64,000 nucleotides of DNA, from positions 17,794,001 through 17,858,000 of the forward strand of contig CM022677.1 of assembly GCA_012295275.1 (NCBI GenBank), read 5' to 3'. Positions 59,295 through 64,000 of the stretch are shown one piece after another. Position 1 is the stretch's first letter; every line of letters begins with the position of its first letter. The position numbers and the translations under genes were made by a program. Source of the stretch: Chrysomallon squamiferum. Lineage: Eukaryota; Animalia; Mollusca. The notes below the pieces were generated by a model. The model saw only the letters and a program-made list of their open reading frames with translations, was not told where the DNA came from and ran no database searches.

Positions 59295-61021
59295 ATTATA
59301 CAGAGATACGAGATTTATAGAAAAATTCAACAATGTATATATATATATATAGAAAATACACACACACACAATGAGTCAAAAACAGATAAATGAAAAGAAC
59401 AACAATCAGACAACCACACACACACACACACAGACACACAGACACAAAAAGAAAAGAAAACGACACCAACAACAAACACAACAAAGAAATATCTGCGACA
59501 GACAACAAGTAATCACAGTGTGAACAACAACAACAACAACAGAAAAGAAACACTCGTAGATATTTCTCTTACAATAATCTACAGCGAGTCGCGGAAATTT
59601 GAAGTGGATTACTGTAGTTGCTGGTTGAAAAGGAAGCAGGCATTTCGTAGCAGGAACTAATTAAGAGTTCAGTGTTGAGAACAAGAGGAAGTGGCAGGGG
59701 GCGCTGCAGAGCAGTACCGCACAGAATGAGAGGAGAGGCTGAGAGTGGAGGAAATTGGTTTTTGAAAAAAAAAAAAAAAAAAAAAAATTTCTTTTTTTAA
59801 AATAAGATGTTTCAGTTTGTAATTGTTTTTGAATATCTTTCATTTTCTTTCTTCTTTTTATTATTTTTCTTTTTTTAAAATTTGTTTTTTAAATTAAAAT
59901 ATTTCTCTGTTTAACTTCAGTCCGCTATTTTTTTTTTCTGTGCATTTTTAAATTTTGTTTCCAATTATCTTCGAACATTATACATTTAACATATGAACAG
60001 CACACATTTCTTTCTTTTTCCCCACCTGATTCCAAACTAAGTACTCTGCACACTATTTTTTTTCCCAATCTAACTGTTTCCCCACTACATCTTTACCAAC
60101 ACCACCACCACCACCACAACAACAACAACGAGTTCACACTATACTAATTCCAGGAGGAAGTAACTCTAATTACCAAAAAAAAATGAAAAAAGGGGGAGGT
60201 AACTCCAAGCCCATCTCGGTGGGGAAGTAACTGTTTGGCGAAGCTCGTGAATGACACATTAATGGCTATTATTCATCCTCAGACTTGACTTGATGTATTT
60301 CAGTTTCGACTGGTCGCGTGTTTCGAACCATTAAAGTCCCCGGGAAACTTCGCTGGCTTTTTCTCCGACCCGCAATTTTCATTTCATATGTGATCATCAT
60401 CATGGAGGCTGAGCCAAAGACTCCATTTTGTAATAACAGCTTTTTGAAAGTTTGATTAAGAAAAAAAAAAAAGAAAAAAAGAAAAAGAAAAAAAACCTCT
60501 CAATACAGTGTGACTATAAAACGGTTGTTGCCATGGAATTTTTTATTTTTTTTATTTTATTTTTTTTATTATTTTTTTTTTTCACTACAATCATATGAAG
60601 TGATTGTCTTTATGGGAAATAATCATGCAATGATAGTGGGAGATGATATTTTAATTGGGGAAAAAAAAAATAAAAAAAAAAAAAGAAATAGGATGTTTTT
60701 TTTATTTGAAAATAGTCTCTTTCATGTCTGTGTTGGTAGATATATATTTTTTTTAATTAGAAGAAATTTTTTTTCTTATATATATGTTTGTTTTTATACT
60801 AATTTTATATTATATTTTAGTAATTTTATTTAATATATTTTTGTTTTTTATATTTATATACTTTTGTTTGATAATTTTAATAACAAAATTATTCACTTCA
60901 AAAACAAAAACAACAAAACTGTTTACAATTGTTGTAATTCTTTTATTTGTAATATTGCTCTCACAGTGCAGTGCAAAGATTTAACAAACAACAACTCTGT
61001 GAAACAATGTTAGACAGTGTG

Positions 61022-61628
61022 ACAATGATAGAACAGTTTGTAACAATGTAACAATGATAGAACAGTTTGTAACAATGTAACAATGACAGAACAGTTTATA
61101 AGTGTAACAATGACAGAACACTTTATAACAATGTAACAATGATAGAACACTTTATAACAATGTAACAATGATAGAACACTTTATAACAATGTAACAATGA
61201 TAGAACAGTTTATAACAATGTAACAATGACAGAACAGTTTATAAACAATGTAACAATGATAGAACACTTTATAACAATGTAACAATGATAGAACAGTTTA
61301 TAACAATGTAACAATGATAGAACAGTTTATAACAATGTAACAATGATAGAACAGTTTATAACAATGTAACAATGACAGAACAGTTTATAACAATGTAACA
61401 ATGATAGAACAGTTTATAACAATGTAACAATGATAGAACACTTTATAACAATGTAACAATGATAGAACACTTTATAACAATGTAATAATGATAGAACAGT
61501 TTATAACAGTGTAACACTGACAGAACAGTTTATAACAATGTAACAATGATAGAACACTTTATAACAATGTAACAATGACAGAACAGTTTATAACAATGTA
61601 ACAATGAAGGATCAGTTTAAAACAATGT
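61022..61628. repeat. 29-bp minisatellite, about 21 copies
   Basis: Consensus ACAATGATAGAACAGTTTATAACAATGTA repeated head to tail with GAT/GAC and CAG/CAC variants. No spacers. Confidence 0.95.
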
Positions 61629-61737
61629 TAGAAAGTGTATTACAATTTAAAGCAAGAAAAGCTACAGAAAAAATGGTTAAATGAAGATAACAAAACAAAA
61701 AATATTAATAGAAATATACAGTTTAATGACTCTTCAT

Positions 61738-61798
<61 letters not shown>

Positions 61799-61976
61799 AC
61801 TCACTCACTCACTCACACAGGAACAAGCAGGTCTGTGTTCTGTCTTCCAGCTTTCTGATTTCCTCTAATTGATAACACATGGTTATATTCACTGTTCATC
61901 TCTTTACACCCCACCTAATTTGGTTTGTTGTTTACAAGTTCATTGTGTGAATATACAACATCTAAACTGACATGGG

Positions 61977-62060
<84 letters not shown>

Positions 62061-62292
62061 AAGTTAATATATTGTTTTTACATCTGAATATATGCATATA
62101 TGGGTGTGCATATTTCTGTGTTTATGTTGCTGTGCATAATAATGAATATATATATATATATATATATGTTAGATATAAAAAAGAACCCATGAAATTAATT
62201 AATAAAGTAAAAAAGAATATATTTAAGAATGTTAAAACAAAATTAATTAAATTAAAAAACAAAGAACAAGGAAAAAAAAAACTATGTAATAA

Positions 62293-62323
<31 letters not shown>

Positions 62324-62569
62324 ATTAAAAAAATTAAAATTAAAAAAAAAAAAGTCATGAAAATGCAACAAAATGCAACACACTAACTAATGAATCACTT
62401 TTGCATTGCTTGGACCTCCAAACAAACCAAGTTAGGTTTGTCTCCGAGTGCAAATGCTGGCCAGGTGTATTCACTGCTTTGTTCTCTCTTCCTGTCAGTT
62501 GTTGTTTTACACGTTGTGACGAGACTGCATGTTTTCAGATCTAAAAAAAGAATAATTTTTTTTTTTTTG

Positions 62570-63140
62570 CAAATCTAGAATTTTTATATTCTGTATTTGA
62601 AAAGAAAAATTTTTTTTAGAAATTAAAAATACCTTTTATACTGTTTCTTTAATTATTTAATATTACTGTATTTGAAATACTGTGTGTATTTGAAACGAAT
62701 AATTAAAACAAAAAAAAATTAATCTAGATACCTTTTATACTGTTTCTATATTATTTAATATTTCAGTCTGGAATCCTTTCAGACTTTTGGATCTTGATAG
62801 CATCTTGGATTTTTAAAATATTTTATATATTTCAAATCTAAAATCCTTTTATATTGTGTAATACTTTCTGTGTATCACATCAGAAATCCCTTATGGTTTC
62901 TACATGTTAAAACAATGTCATGTTATGGAATCCTTTTATACTTTCTATATTTATAACCTCTAGAATTCTTTAAAATAATGTGTGTATTTTAAATCCAGAA
63001 TACCTTTTTAATTCTATGTTTCCACATAGAGAATACTTTTATACTGTGTTTGTTGTGTGGAATTGTTTTATAACATTTTACAGTCCTTTTGTATGGTTTT
63101 TAGCATTCTATAACAATCTTTATAACAATCTAGAATACTG
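62570..63140. repeat. Highly degenerate AT-rich tandem repeat
   Basis: Recurrent AATCTAGAATACCTTTTATACTGTTTCT-like motif. Confidence 0.6.
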
Positions 63141-63357
63141 ATTGTTTGTTTAATTAACCTTGTCAACAATCCTTTTAACTTGTTTTAATCACATTCAAAG
63201 AATCTCTTTATATTTTATGAAGTAATAATTGGAGTAATTGGTTTGTTTTGTCTTCTTTTATAGTACTGCTAGAGTTTTATTGTTAGTACTTAAAATTAGA
63301 AGTGGTGGTTGTAGTTGTAGTAATTGTTGTGATGGTATTAGTTTCACAAATGTATAC

Positions 63358-63486
<129 letters not shown>

Positions 63487-63913
63487 TTCCTCTCCCTCTC
63501 CCTCCCTCCCTCACCTCTCTTGCACACACACAAAAATCCATAAACATTTTTAGACACAATTCTTCTTTTTTCTTTTTTTTCTTTTTTCTTTTTCTTTACC
63601 ATTGTTTCTATGGCAACGTGGCCCGAATCCACAAGCAGCCTATCATAAATGGATCTTAAACATAAATTGAGTGCTGGCTTCATCTGCAGTGATCCCCAAA
63701 CAAATGCCCTGTCCAAGATAACGTAACTTGACCACGATGGATGGTCACAGAGGTGCAATATTAGCTGTATCGTACAAGACACGGGGTAAATTAATTGAGC
63801 CATGATTGTCACAGCAGGTTTAATACTTGTTTGAGACAGCAGGTCAGTTTTAACTGTGTGTGTTTGTGTGTGTTAACTTGGGTTAATTCAGTATTAAACA
63901 ACTGTGTGTGGGG

Positions 63914-63972
<59 letters not shown>

Positions 63973-64000
63973 TGTGTTAACTTGGGTTAATTCAGTATTA

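Noticed and set aside
61022-61628. CRISPR-like array (29-bp repeats)
   Set aside because: Units are contiguous with no unique spacers, there are no cas genes, and the context is eukaryotic.
63649-63726. Short ATG ORF as an alternative first exon
   Set aside because: It stops after 25 codons without a donor site and has no similarity to Cpo.

Overview
AT-rich, extremely microsatellite-dense eukaryotic DNA, most likely from a bilaterian invertebrate. Nearly all ORFs in the supplied track are translations of simple repeats. The only coding sequence I can support is missing from that track: a 126-nt first coding exon on + (41654-41779, MRSTDMANVSVNHGGVGSALNTETTIALSQSMDSVNTTAEEE, then a GTAAGT donor). 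Its SQSMDSVNT..EEE end matches the segment just before the RRM of couch potato (Cpo)/RBPMS RNA-binding proteins. Upstream are a CpG-rich promoter-like region (~40.7 kb) and ~40 kb with no recognisable gene, made of short CpG-rich unique islands between SSRs. The islands carry nuclear-receptor, CRE, RFX, ETS, CTCF and homeodomain-like motifs. Downstream is a >22 kb first intron that becomes sharply CpG-poor from ~43 kb. The window also holds a tRNA-derived SINE-like element, several dispersed or inverted duplications, degenerate satellites and a 29-bp minisatellite. I found no prokaryotic genes, CRISPR array or autonomous transposon. I cannot claim a new biological system. The best leads are regulatory: a candidate poison micro-exon in a CAC/YCAY-rich part of the intron, a nuclear-receptor half-site cluster and the CpG boundary.
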